A stretch of 64,000 nucleotides of DNA from Lytechinus pictus (taxonomy: Eukaryota). The notes under the pieces were generated by a model, which had not been told where the DNA came from, did no database searches, and was given only the letters and a program-made list of their open reading frames with translations. The position numbers and the translations under genes are program-made. This document shows positions 1 through 12,860 of this stretch, piece after piece (the first letter of the stretch is position 1; each line of letters opens with the position of its first letter). The DNA is taken from the NCBI RefSeq assembly GCF_037042905.1, contig NC_087249.1, positions 6,636,001 through 6,700,000 of the forward strand, given 5' to 3'.

Positions 1-920
1 TGTCTTGTCACCTGCCATATACATGTACCATGCCCATGACCACCCTGCAGACAGAATGAGTTGCCAAGTGCAATGGTGGGCAAGTCATCAGAATTTTTAA
101 TGGTGTACTTTATCACAACATGACAGATATCATGATGAAATACTGACTTGACAGGCATACGTACATGTATCATTCATAGTACGTCTATTCTTTCTTTCTA
201 CATTACCTCCATTTTTTCTCAAATTCTTTGATTGAGATAACCATGATTAATTTTGTCAATTACCTGAAGAAGTAATTAATTAATCTTGCAGGAACTGATT
301 GAGAAATACATTTATATATTCCATGAAGGAAATATTCAAGGCCGAAGAGGAGTTTTTCAAAAAAACAAGATATGAATGCCATAATATTGCAGGGAACATC
401 ATCCCAATTCCTCAAGTATGACCATAAAAATATTGGAGAACAGGGCTCCCTTTCATTCAAATGGACCTAAATGGAACAACAACCAGGGAGACGCTATCGG
501 TCCATTGGTTAGAAGCAGGTATTTGAGACCTGTGCCTATGACCCCATTCTCATCCAAGTCCTATATTTAGTTAGTTTAACGTGTGGTTTCAAATTTTGTG
601 CAAAACATGTTAAACTCCACTGAGAGCATCCACCTAGCAACAAGACCACTTTACATGATCGGGTGGTTCTGGAAACCAGTTCAGGAGATGGAGATGAGGA
701 TGGTTTGAGTGAAACCAGTTCAAGAAAGTATACTGAAACAGGGCCTATGTGGGTCTGAAATGTTTCAAATCCGCTGAGTTTCCCCACCTTTATTTCAGAT
801 TGACCACTTAGCCTCAATAACCAGGGAATGGACAAACTCAAATTTGATATTGATCATCAATGAAATAAGAAACAGTAAAACCTGTTGGGAGCGGTTTCAC
901 AAAGTGTCATAACATCTCAC

Positions 921-1468
921 TAATACCCTTTTTACACACGCTAAAATTTCCTTAACCCCGTACTATAGGTGGGGCTAAATTGCCATTTAGCCCCACCTAT
1001 AGTACGGGGTTAAGCTTAGCCCACTTTCTTTTTACACAGCATTTTTGCAAAGTGGGCTAACCCCACCTATAGTACGGGATTATTTGGCCCTGCAAAAAAG
1101 CAGGGTTATCCCAGCAATTGCGGTGCTAAGAGCGATAGTACGGGGTTAAGATCGCTAGTGTAAAACGAAAGTGGGCTAAGCTTAACCCCGTACTATAGGT
1201 GGGGCTAAATGGCACCTATAGTACGGGGTTAAGGAAATTTTAGCGTGTGTAAAAAGGAATGAACCCTCAGTGCGCTCGTGAATATTCGTGAGCTACCACT
1301 AGTCCGGGGTTAGCGAGTTTCGTGTGTGAAAAGCAAGCATTCCTTATCCGGGGATAGCAATAACGATTTGGCATGTGTGAAAAGGAAAAAAAGATAGTAC
1401 GGGGTTAAGGATAGTACGGGGTTAGCGATAGTCCGGGGTTAAGAAAATCCTGTGTAAAAAGGGTATTA
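921..1468. mobile_element. MITE with TIRs and internal tagtacggggttaag repeats
   Basis: 18-bp perfect terminal IR taataccctttttacaca / tgtgtaaaaagggtatta; the motif is repeated in opposite orientations in the two halves. Confidence 0.85.
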
Positions 1469-3379
1469 CATATTTTTTTCAGACTATGTACAATTAGGTT
1501 TCTTTAACTCCAGGAAATTGTGAGAGTGGGGGTTAAGCCCCTCCAATTTTACGGGGCTAAGATTAAGCACTTCAGTTTCAGACTAAATGAAAATGTCCAT
1601 TGCACCAAAAAGGGCTCACACGACAAATTGTACGGTACTATTTGGCGCTGCTAAAAAGCAAGGTTAGCTGGCTAATATTGAGGTGTAATAGCCAGGCAAT
1701 TTTGGTGCTAAGAGCTGAAACCAAATTGAGTTTCTAGGAAAGTGGCCAATAAGTGGGGCTATACATTTATAGCCGCTCACAGACAACATAGATTTAAAAT
1801 TGAAAATTCATTTTTAACACTTGACTTAGTAAAGTCACCTTCAGCGCTTTGTGAAAAGTTCATCAGAGGTGCGTGTGGGAGCAGATGGTGTTCACTTCGA
1901 GACTTAATGTACCCTTTGACGGGTCTCATGCCACAGAGCATGGAGGAGGGCGTATAAGTAGACATACTGATAATTGATATATCTTCATCTCTATCTAATG
2001 CATGGAGGGTATGCATGGAATCTATCTATTTGTTTGTCCGACTTCTGACCAATGTGACAACCCTCATTGGAAACGAAACAGCTTTAGTAGTCTCATCTTT
2101 CAGACCCTAGGATGTTACAGTGTACAGGCACATCCCATATAGGCTATATATAAAATTTACGACATTTTACCATAGTTTATAAGCAACTGAATAACAAGGA
2201 TGAAATTATGCACTAAAGATAATGATATGAATAAAATAATAATAATAATGGTCATTATAATTATTCAAAAAGAACATTTTCTTTAGTAAGAAAGTCTAAC
2301 AATAAACCTGCATAGTACATACGCTACATTGCCTGTAACGATTGTGAAAATTGCAAGCACATAAAAACTTGAAAAGCAGACTAATATGACTTCCATGGTC
2401 TGCATTTCTAAAGTTCTATGGTATGAAATCAGAAGCAAAATCGAAATATTATTTTTTTTAAATAATAAAAATCATTATTCCCATACATTGAACATCCATG
2501 ACAAAATTTTGTGATCATTTGTCTTGATTTTCCTTTTGATTGTGAAGAATAAAAACTTCGCTGGTTTGGTGGGGAAGAAATGGGGCAGAATCAAACAGGC
2601 TAAAATAATGGCAACCACAAAGTAGGTTTCATATCAATGAAGGCCTATTCTCTGTGCTAAAACAATTTTCCTTTGACAAAGATTGGCCTCATATCACCAT
2701 AACATAGTCCGCTTGGCATGAAATTGGTTATGGTACAAATGAGAGGAAAAAGACTAAATGAACCATGTCTCAAATGCACATACCCCCACCGCGCATCTTC
2801 CTACAGGACGCCCACACAGATTTCCTTATAAAAATGCCATGAGAAAAGAAAGACTTTTGTCCCATGCATACGTAAACAAAATAAAGTTTTGATGACCATA
2901 TACATGTAGCTGGAGGGAGGGGGGGTAATTATTAGTAGATGAATCCTGGTCCACTTTATCATTTAAAATACATCTCCTGACAACTACATGTATCACAGGT
3001 GAATAATAATCAAATAAATAAAACATAATATTACATACAGCAACAGACCCATATGTAGGCCTTTATTTTCTGTGTTCTTTATTGATACAGTGTTAAATTA
3101 ATTAAAAGTGGCCACTTGCGCGGCACTCATATCGGTCTCCTCATGGCGCCTGTGTACAGTGTAGTAACCCAGTCATAGCTGAGATGGTAGCCGGCAAAGT
3201 TCTTCCACGTTGCACTCAACATGCTCAAAATCATATATGGGACCCACCTATTTCTGGGTGAAGAGTGGCAAATGAAAATAAAATGTTTTGCCAATGGGCA
3301 GTATTGGATTTTGGCTTTGGATTTGAACCCCAGACCCTGTGGTTCAACATCCAAAGACTTATCCGCCACATTATTCTAT

Positions 3380-3820
3380 GAGGCTGTTCTCATAACGCTT
3401 TCTAAAACTAGTTTACTGAAAACCGATCAAGGAAACCAGTTTGGAAGATCACTCTGCCAGCGTTCCCACTTGATCACACGAAAGTGGTTTTCAAAATCAC
3501 TTCAAGTAAAGCGATCTTGTTGCTATGGAAACGCTCTCAGTGGGGTGACACTTTTCACGCGAAATTCAAAAAACCGCAGCGTAGCCATTCAACACCTGTC
3601 CTGTGGAGTAGCGCGCTCAAAATGTGGGAAGATCGCTTCCCAAAGAACGGTTGTATCCTCACTTACGCTAAAACCAGTTTATTGAGGCAAAGCGATCTTG
3701 AAAACTACATTGCGAGGTGGTTTTCTGAACCGGTTTGGAACATCACTTCCAAGATCGCTTCGACCGGTCTCACTACACGTTCCAGTAAACTAGTTTTAGG
3801 AAGGTTGTGAGAACGGTGTC
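3380..3820 (+). mobile_element. PIF/Harbinger-like MITE family A, copy 1
   Basis: Imperfect TIR gaggctgttctca / tgagaacggtgtc, 3-bp TAT TSD, homologous to four other copies in the window. Confidence 0.85.
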
Positions 3821-4498
3821 TATCATTTTCACTCCATTGTGTGAATGAGGTGCTATACAGCGGCGAAACCTTTGAATAGGTGACAAACACCTCCCTCTCT
3901 ATCTCTCTCTTCTCCTTTAGATGAAGACTTGAGGGATTTTGGTTGGCATTAGAAGGACATTCCACCTCCTCCCACATGAATGAGATCCAATGCTATGACC
4001 TTTATGGCCAAGGCTGCCTGCCTTCAAGAATTCATCCATCTTCCAATATCCTCCTCAAAGACATGGTTTGACAGCACACAAGCACATTGTGATGGATAAT
4101 GTACGTCTTACATGCATGTACAGTTCGTAAATGGACATAAAAAATTTTCAGATTAATTCACAAAAATCCCATAATTTAAGTTTACATTATTTCTCTCAAT
4201 TCTATCTATCAGTGCTGCAAGTTTCTGATAAAGAACAGATGTAATATTATCAAAACCTTTGAATAGTTAACCCTACACATAGCTTGTACACACGTAGGAA
4301 TAGACTTGACAAAGCTTAACATTTAATTTCCAATCCCCATAATTTCATTTGTATTCATTCTATAAATTATCAAGTTCCAGATTGAAAAGAACTCCAATAT
4401 TATCGAATTTTTTTGTGAACAGAACACACAGTTTTCCTCCCCCCAAAAAAATGAGAGCCATGGCCAAATAAAGCCCAAATGGTCTTAAAGTTCTAATA

Positions 4499-4990
4499 TA
4501 TGCTTTTCACACTGCACTTTTTGTCCTAAATTGGTGGGGCTAAGGGGGGTCTTAGCCCCACCAATTTCCCGGGGTTAAGCTTAGCCCACTTCGTTTTCAC
4601 ACTACGTTTTAGCAAAGTGGGCTAGCACGATAAATAGTACGGTACTATCTGGCCCTGCAAAAAAGCAGGGTTAGCCGGCTTATTGTGGTGCTAGCACCAC
4701 AATTGCGGTGCTAAGAGATGCAGTGTGAAACAAAACAGGGCTAAGCAAAAGCGGGGCTAAGCATTAGCCAATCACAGAAGTCGAAATTGCACGTTAATCG
4801 CGCTCTGTATGGTAAAATCATCAATATTTATGAGCTGTGTAATTGCCCGGGGTTAAGGCGTTAACCCCGGCTAAGCAATAGTACGGGGTTAAGAAAGACA
4901 GTGTGAATCGAAAAAAAGATAGTATGGGGTTAAGGATAGTCCGGGGTTAAGGATAGTATGGGGTTAAGGAAATGCAGTGTGAAAAGCATA
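4499..4990. mobile_element. MITE related to 921-1468
   Basis: TIR tatgcttttcacactgca / tgcagtgtgaaaagcata; shares the ggccctgcaaaaaagcagggtt and atagtacggggttaagg motifs. Confidence 0.85.
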
Positions 4991-5469
4991 ATATAGGCCT
5001 AAAATAATTACCCCTGTGAATTACCATTTGTGTAGCTCAAAAACAAAAAGTAAATTTGGAAAGAACAGAGGACAGAAAAATACCCCATACAGATTTTTTT
5101 TTCAGGAGTAAACTAGAATAAGTTGACTGTTGACACCAATGTATTAATTAACTTTTTTTTAAACTCTATAGAAATTAAAATAAGAAATATTTTCATTCAG
5201 CACAAAGTCTATCACATCGCATCTCAAGGAAGTAAATTATCAGCCAATAATATGTTTATCCTCCAACATACATGTATAGGCCTAAGTATGACAATGTTGG
5301 GTAAAAAAACATTGTGATCCTTCATCTCCCGGATTCGAGATGTGTAATTTTAGCCTGTCTCCATTCATCAACACACGTAGATGTGCAATCTAATATCCCA
5401 ATAACATTTATTTCACAACTCTCTAAAAAGGGTCTCTATGTCAGGAAAATACTGACAGTTAACTTCAAC

Positions 5470-5625
5470 TAATACCTCAGTCACATTTGCTCTACGGCGA
5501 GTCAAAAACAGCTGTTTTATTCATTCTTACTCATGCCACTTTCGTGTAGCTGGTACAAAAATGTTAAAACGGCTGTTTTCGACTCATCGTACGGCCACCG
5601 GAGAGCAAATGTGCCCGAGGTATTA
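5470..5625. mobile_element. Short palindromic MITE
   Basis: taatacctc..cacatttgctct / agagcaaatgtg..gaggtatta inverted ends. Confidence 0.7.
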
Positions 5626-6387
5626 ATGACAAATAACAATGATAGACTGTATCAAATGATCAATGTGATGTATAGGCCTACAATACCACTTGCACTTGTT
5701 TCAGTGGTAAAATAATGATTTATTCTTCACCCTTAACTGTCGCTACATGTACAAACTAATCAGGAAAGGCCCTCTTTCCTATTAGCAGATAAACTTGTAA
5801 TCAATTGACCTCATGTACTTTTACAATTAACTGATAAAATTGTTCATGTACATGAAGAAAATTTGTTCAAAACATTCCTGTATGCAAATGGTATCAACAT
5901 GAAAAGAAACTGGATCATGGAATGTCTGTTTGTATTGTCATTGCCCAAGTCAAGTATGAATTAATTTATGTTAATCTTCTCTCCATTATCTCACGATGGA
6001 TGCATGCATGTAATGAGATTTGTCAGCGGGGGCACTGCATATCGTTACGGGGTCCAAGAACAAGAGGAGCTTCTAGACAATGACTCTCGTCGTCGCCTCT
6101 CTTGAAAATAATTCCGTCATCTATTCTGGAAGACACCACATGTGACTGGAATATGAGTCAGAAATATCTCTTGCATACACGACACATGCATGCACACTCG
6201 TGGTATGATGATAGAATGTATGTCTGGACTCTGGAGGTATGATATTTTATGAACTCTTTGAAGAAAATAGAGGCATATGAATCCTGAAATGCAGTTTCTC
6301 TTATTTCCACTTGCAATAAATCATAAGCATTTTTTAAACCATGTGAGAAGCGTTCACTGGTGTTTGATATTGATGAGACATTGACTA

Positions 6388-6564
6388 CAGGGAATTTTCC
6401 TGGTATCACATCGCAATTTTCTCCACATTTTTGAAAGACTGCTATGCATATTAAAGTCTTTTGTGTAGCATATTTTTACATAGGACTATACATTACTTAG
6501 TTGAGAGCTTTTTCTCTTATGACCAAAAATGCTATTCAAATTTGTAAAGCAAAATTATTCCCTG
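6388..6564. mobile_element. MITE family B with 5-bp TSD (other copies at 27680-27834 and about 33299-33473)
   Basis: TIR cagggaat.. / ..attccctg, TSD gacta. Confidence 0.8.
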
Positions 6565-6739
6565 GACTAATAGGCATAGTTTCTATCATGACTTTTGTTT
6601 CTTACACTTACATGTACCTGTAGGCCTACTTCCATTAAAAAAAAACAATTCTCATCAGTATTTTCATGACTTATAACTAAAACTTTTATAAGAAAACTCT
6701 TTTTGAAAGAGCTATCTATAAAACTACAAGTATCTGTAT

Positions 6740-6919
6740 GGTGACACAACATTTGGTCCGGTGACAATTGCTCCGGCTTTATTTCGTCTAAGATGAAGGG
6801 TTAGGGTTGCGGTTGCAATATGGTTTAGTGTTAAATCAAGGGTTGAAGTTAGTAATTCCATAATTAGTGTGTGGAATTTACAGTGAAGCAATTGTCGCCG
6901 GACCAAATGTCATGGAACC
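6740..6919. mobile_element. MITE with 8-bp TSD (related copy at about 33182-33563)
   Basis: TSD atctgtat on both sides; subterminal IR acatttggtccggtgacaattgct / agcaattgtcgccggaccaaatgt. Confidence 0.85.
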
Positions 6920-7874
6920 ATCTGTATTATTACTGCATGAGTATAGTCTCATTTGTTCTGATCTCATTTTTTTTTTTACAATTAATAAAGAGTAACCGAA
7001 AGAAAAATTAAAATTAAAACCATACATTTAGGATTCATCAAAACTTTTTCAAGCTACATGTTACATGTTTTTATTTCAAAAAGCCACTTCATGTACAAGT
7101 ATTTACCTTCAAGATTGCCATTTCAAGATCACCATTCCAGAAAACAAACAACTTTGGGCAATTTATGAAGCACAAACAAACAGGAGGCTTCTGCATTGTA
7201 AACACACAACATCTTCACCTGATGATTTCCATAAATATTTCACAAATATTCCAAATGGTCCTTTCTTGAAACTTTATGCCAGAAGTACAATGACCCGGAT
7301 TAATTTTACTTCTCAAAGTTGATGAGCATTTCTGGGATTAAAGAAGAGCTCTCAACTATGTTCTTTCCAAGTAAAAGTGCTAAAAACCTGAAAAGCAAAT
7401 TGCGATGTGATAACAGGAAAATTATTCTCTGAATGGCCACACAACCATGACAACGAAATTCAGTGAAGACTGTCAGGTGATCAGGAGAAATATTCCCCAT
7501 GAGTTTAGAGTATATCAATGGTAAACACACAAACCTTTAGAAAATTTGTGCATTGCTGCGGGTCAACTGACCTACATGTACTTACATGTAGGCCTATACT
7601 TATAGTTGACACTGAAGACTGCATACAATACAGTCATATGTACATGTACAATACAATCTGTTGACAAATTCAAAGAGTGATGGTAATAAGGATTGTCACA
7701 ATTTATAGCTATATCATCCCTTTCTACGAATGAAGTCTGAGAATGACTCATGAAATACAGTTTTAGTCTGTCCAACTCACTGAACAGAGGACAATAAAAG
7801 GAAAACTGAAAAGTGTAAATTGATCCCTCAGAATCACAATGACCACACTATTTTGGGTTGGTAGCAGTACTCAC

Positions 7875-8257
7875 CTGAGAGCGGCCATGCTTTATAGTGC
7901 TGTTTAACTTCCTCCTTGCTCAAAATGGGGGGAAAGTATTCAATTATAGCTACAGGGCGTGTTTAGCATAAGCTTGGCTGCTGGTGAAGGGAAGATGAAC
8001 GAAGCAGCATCTGGCGGTGTTGTGGGGCTTCCGACAAGGCTGGCTGGCCGAGTTGGCTAGAAGCACTGGCTTGCTGCCGGCTGGCCTGGCGATGGGCTGG
8101 CCTGATTGGGATGTTTCGGCGGCGAGCTAGGATGGGTGTTTTCTAACCTTGCTGGCAAATGTGTCATTCGGCTTTCCTCCTCAGTCTGACCTCGACTGAC
8201 CTCTCACGACCTTACCAGGTCACGACACATGGTGGAACACTTCCTCCTTTTCAGCTG
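7875..8257 (-). other. Probable 5'UTR/first coding exon of the minus-strand gene; candidate start ATG GCC GCT CTC AG (MAAL.., 7888-7875)
   Basis: Long pyrimidine tract plus CAGCAG acceptor at 8260-8255, GC-rich body, perfect donor CAG|gtgagt at 7875; ATG in AGCATGG context with an in-frame TAA two codons upstream; product not identifiable. Confidence 0.55.
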
Positions 8258-9122
8258 CTGGAGCCACAACAAAAGCAGCCAGAAGAAAGAAAGGGAAAAA
8301 GAATCTGGGAAAATCACTTTCCCACCCAAGCTGAGTGTGTCTGTGTACTAGGGAGTGTGAAGCAATGCACGGAGACAGGCATGTGGGAGAAGATTAGACA
8401 AGTATACTACAGCGGTCCTCCACCCTTCTTAGATTAGACAAGACGTGCTCCAATCTTCATACAGTCTGACTGATACAACATCAAAAAATCCCAATCGGAT
8501 ACACAGTAGTGACAGAGATGACAAATACATGTAGATAGAGCATCATAATACATAAGGCAACAGACAACTCCAATTACACATACTAAACTGTACATTGGGT
8601 ATCGGTTTCTGACTCTCCTCTGAATCAAATGCTAGTTTATCAAGCTACACACAGGCAACACCTATAAAGGAAAAAGTGAAAGTTGACCCGACCTTGCAAA
8701 CTTGCTGGTAATGGTATAATGTGAAAAACAAAATTGAGAAAGACACTTGGTCATTCTATAAAAGACATGTAGCCTGTTGGGCTACATGTCTTTTAAATAC
8801 AAGCCCAAATAAGGTGGAAGTTCTTAGTTAGGAGAATAAAGGAAGGAGAATCGGCTATCTCTAAGAGACATCTAAAAGCATTGCATAACATAATAGTCTA
8901 AAATACAGGGCCAATAAAAGTGCCATAAAGATGATAACAGTTTGATCAAAATTATCTTACACTTCAGCAACCAAAAGAAAAAGAGTCAACTAGTTTGATT
9001 TTTAATATACTCTTCATAATCAATTGATCATTAGTTTACAGTTTTGAGTTACAATTAATGAACATTAACTTGAAAATCGGCTCTTGACAGCCAGAAGGCA
9101 TTAAGTCCATTTTCAAGTTTAA

Positions 9123-9516
9123 AGATAAATTCCAGTTTTGGTAACGATCTAAAAATGACTTTTTACAGAATCTAATATAATGACCACCTAAGTGTCTGTT
9201 TGTATGAATAAAAAATATGTGCCAAAGGATTCTGGAAGAAATTGTGTAATTGCTGAGAAATAAGCAAAATAAGCGCGGATTCGGTCACTTCCGTCGGGTC
9301 TTTATTTTAGCAATAATAATACACTGTCCCACGTGTGCCTATCTGTGTTGGTGATCTTCAGTGTGAACATTTTTCAGCGTAGATTTCAAGATTTCACAAA
9401 GTTCAGTTTATGTAACTGTACCAGATCTAGATCCTCGATGATATACTGACAATTAAGCCTTGTTTTACAGACTTTCTCATGAAATCAGTGTTTACTGCAA
9501 ATACTGGAATTTCTCT
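9123..9516. mobile_element. Kolobok-like non-autonomous element
   Basis: TTAA on both flanks, TIR agataaattccagt / actggaatttctct. Confidence 0.75.
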
Positions 9517-10212
9517 TTAAAAGTCAATTTTTCACTTGGGAAATCACTTGCAAATGTCTGAAAAATCAAATATGAAAACCCATAACTTCACAAAACAGAA
9601 GAGAACAAAATGATATACATACTACTTTATATTTAAGCTCGTTTTCCGTCCTTCTGTATACATGTAGGTTATGTCAATTAGTAACTAAGTTTAGGGACTT
9701 GCCTTTTTTCACAAGCTCTTCTTCTCTTGGCAAGACCCTCCCCTCCGTTCAGTTAATTTAACTTCAATATTTTTAATGAAATGTCTTTGAACTTTGTGTA
9801 TTATTTCGAACATGTGTTTGTACTGTCACTCCGATTATATTATTTTGTTGAACGGAAATAAATAAATCTAAATCATATTTTTTACAGGGCTACATCTTTC
9901 TTTCTCCTGCTCATGCAAAGGTTTTGTAAGCCAATAAAATGTTCTGAATGTTTCTGAAACTTTGAGGCGAATAGTCACCCACTTCAATGTGATCAAGGGC
10001 TAATAAAAAGTGTAATTTCTCACAGATGTTTCTATCATCCATATCATAACAATTATTTATTACACTTTCAAAGCATTATACATTTATAAGCACAGTTTGG
10101 CAATGTTTTGGAAGCTTCTGCAGAATGTTTTCTCTCTTTATAAACTACAGCATCCTGCTTCATGAACCATAGAAATCGGTTTAGTTCAGTCTTTCTGACT
10201 TTAACAGTTTCA

Positions 10213-10643
10213 GACACCGTTTTCACTACCGTCCTAAAACTAGTTTACTGGAAACTAGTTTAACATGTAATGAGAACGGTCGAAGCGGTCTTGGAAGCGA
10301 TCTTCTGAACCGGTTCAGAAAACCACCTCGCGGTGTAGTTTTGAAGATCGCTTTGCCTCGTTAAACTGGTAGCGTAAGTGAGGACACAACCGTTCTTCAC
10401 ACCTTTCGAGCGTGTTACTCCACACACTGTTTGTGGAATGCTTACGCTGCGGTTTCAAATTTGCGAGAAACATGTCACCCCACTGATAGTGTTCCCATAG
10501 CAACAAGACCACTTTAGGTGAAGTGGTTTTGAAAACCACTTTTGGGTGATCAAATGGGAACGCTAGCAAAGCGATCTTCCAAATTGGTTTCCTGAATCGG
10601 TTTCCAGTAAACCAGTTTTAGAAAGTATAATGAGAATGGTGTC
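10213..10643 (-). mobile_element. Harbinger-like MITE family A, copy 2
   Basis: Reverse-complement homolog of 3380-3820, ends gacaccg.. / ..tggtgtc. Confidence 0.85.
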
Positions 10644-11260
10644 TATGTTTGCATTCTTCGAAAAGGGGAGAACATGTATCTGCGAACCTCCACGTTAGCA
10701 GTCATAAGTCTCCAATCTCCATCAAAACTTCCTCCAAAACCCATCACGCCGAATGATTTTCTGGATTATCTCTGGATGTGACTCAACTTTATAACATTCA
10801 GTCTCCACACGACATGAATTCATCGAGAGTAAGGAAGGCATTTCCTCTTGCAGTCATTCGTGTTTTGATGATAGATCCTTTACAAATTGTGTTAAGTGAA
10901 ATCAGGGCTCTAAAACTAATGTTTTGATTTGTTCAGTGATACTAGAGATCTACATGTAAAGTAATGAGTTAATTTTTCATTGATACTAGGGCTCTGAACT
11001 AATGTTCTAATTAGTCCAGTCAAACCATGCAGGGCTCCAAAATAATGTTTTAATTTGTTCAGTGAAAGCAAACTCATAACTAATGTTTTAATTAATTTTT
11101 ATGTTGTGATGGGTTTTGCGTCTCGCTATACAGGCACTATGCATCTTTTCATAGCGGCCTTCATGTATTCCCCGTGTTTTGAGGACATGTGAGGATTGGT
11201 AATGAAAAGCTGCTTGCAGGACATTTGACTAGGAGGCCATTCTCATTACTCTTTCTAAAA

Positions 11261-12860
11261 CAAGGCAAACGCCAAGCGTTGTCTCGCCTGCATATTGCAG
11301 TCATGAAGAGACTGCATGTCAAATCTGAAGGGTAACATTTACGAAACTTTGACAGCTTTTCTATTGTACCGTTGGCAAATTTGTGTGAATATTATAAATG
11401 GTGCCAAGAACTATAGCTCATTAAATAATTAAATAAATAACAACAGTTTTTAAAGAATAAAAAAGTAAAATACAAAATCTGGTTCAGGTATAGAGAGTAC
11501 TGAGTTCTGAAGTAAAATGTTAGTGTTAAAAAGTATAAAATTATAAAGTTCATGTCACTAGAGGAACAAAGAAGTGTGAAAGTTCATTGACCTTTGACCT
11601 TAATCAAATTCAACTCACATTCGAACCTGACCTGCACCTTCAAGAGATGGACCTCTGTTACGAGTTTGGTGATCCCACCTCGAAGCTATAGAAAGTTATT
11701 GTGTGTACAAAATAGCACAGTGCCAGTCATGGAAAGTTCATTGACCTTTGACCTTAATCAAATTCAACTCACATTTGAACTTGACCTGCACCTTCAAGAG
11801 ATAGACCTCTTGTATGAATTTGGCAATCCTACCTAGAAGATATAAAAAGTTATTATGTGTACAACACAGCACAGTGCCAGTCATGGAAAGTTCATTGACC
11901 TTTGACCTTAATCAAATTCAACTCACATTCGAACTTGACCTGCACCTTCAACAGATGGACCTCTTGTATGAATATGGCAATCCTACCTCGAAGATATAGA
12001 AAGTTATTGTGTGTACAGCACAGCACAGTGCCAGTCATGGAAAGTTCATTGACCTTTGACCTTATTCAAATTCGGCTCACATTTGAACTTGACCTGCACC
12101 TTCAAGAGATGGACCTCTGTTATGAATTTGGCGATCTCACCTCGAAGCTATAGAAAGTTATTGTGTGTACAACACAGCACAGTGCCAGTCATGGAAAGTT
12201 CATTGACCTTTGACCTTATTCACATTCGACTAATATTCGAACTTGACCTGTGCCTTCAGGAGATGGACCTCTGGTATGAATTTGGTGATCCCAACTCGAA
12301 GCTATAGAAAGTTAATGTGTGTACAACACAGCACAGTGCCAGTCATGGAAAGTTCATTGACCTTTGACCTTATTCACATTCGACTAATATTCGAACTTGA
12401 CCTGTGCCTTCAGGAGATGGACCTCTGGTATGAATTTGGCGATCCCAACTCGAAGCTATAGAAAGTTATTGTGTGTACAACACAACACAGTGCCAGTCAT
12501 GGAAAGTTCATTGACCTTTGACCTTATTCACATTCGACTAATATTCGAACTTGACCTGTGCCTTCAGGAGATGGACCTCTGGTATGAATTTGGCGATCCC
12601 AACTCGATGCTATAGAAAGTTATTGTGTGTACAACACAGCACAGTGCCAGTCATGGAAAGTTCATTGACCTTTGACCTTATTCACATTTCGACTCATATT
12701 CAAACTTGACCTGTGCCTTCAGGAGATGGACCTCTGGTATGAATTTGGTGATCCCACCTCGAAGCTATAGAAAGTTATTGGGTGTACAACACAATTGTTG
12801 ACGACGACAACGCCGGAAATAGTGATACCTATGTCTCGCTCCGCTACGCAGGCGAGACAA
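11261..12860 (-). mobile_element. Helentron/HINE (DINE-1-like) non-autonomous element with central tandem array
   Basis: Subterminal IR ttgtctcgcctgc (11279-11291) / gcaggcgagacaa (12848-12860), partial IR at 12832-12839 forming a terminal stem-loop, small hairpin aacgccaagcgtt at the other end, inserted in an A run without a real TSD. Confidence 0.7.
11578..12793. repeat. 154-bp tandem satellite, about 8 units
   Basis: gaaagttcattgacctttgacctt recurs at 11578, 11732, 11886, 12040, 12194, 12348, 12502 and 12656. Confidence 0.97.

Noticed and set aside
12..44. Possible next minus-strand exon after a ctgcag acceptor
   Set aside because: Weak donor and pyrimidine tract, it contains a TACATGTA motif, and the peptide is unrecognisable
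3221..3977. Paralogous ORFs also at 10315, 12907, 14329 and 24839
   Set aside because: Chance frames within non-coding MITE family A; frames differ between copies and there is no transposase motif
7875..7888. Naming the minus-strand gene (e.g. FAM219A, the human DNAI1 neighbour)
   Set aside because: Only 4-5 codons are visible and they give no recognisable match
11594..12615. Series of similar 60-83 aa ORFs and a CRISPR-like periodicity
   Set aside because: These come from the 154-bp tandem repeat; there are no unique spacers, no cas genes, and the context is eukaryotic
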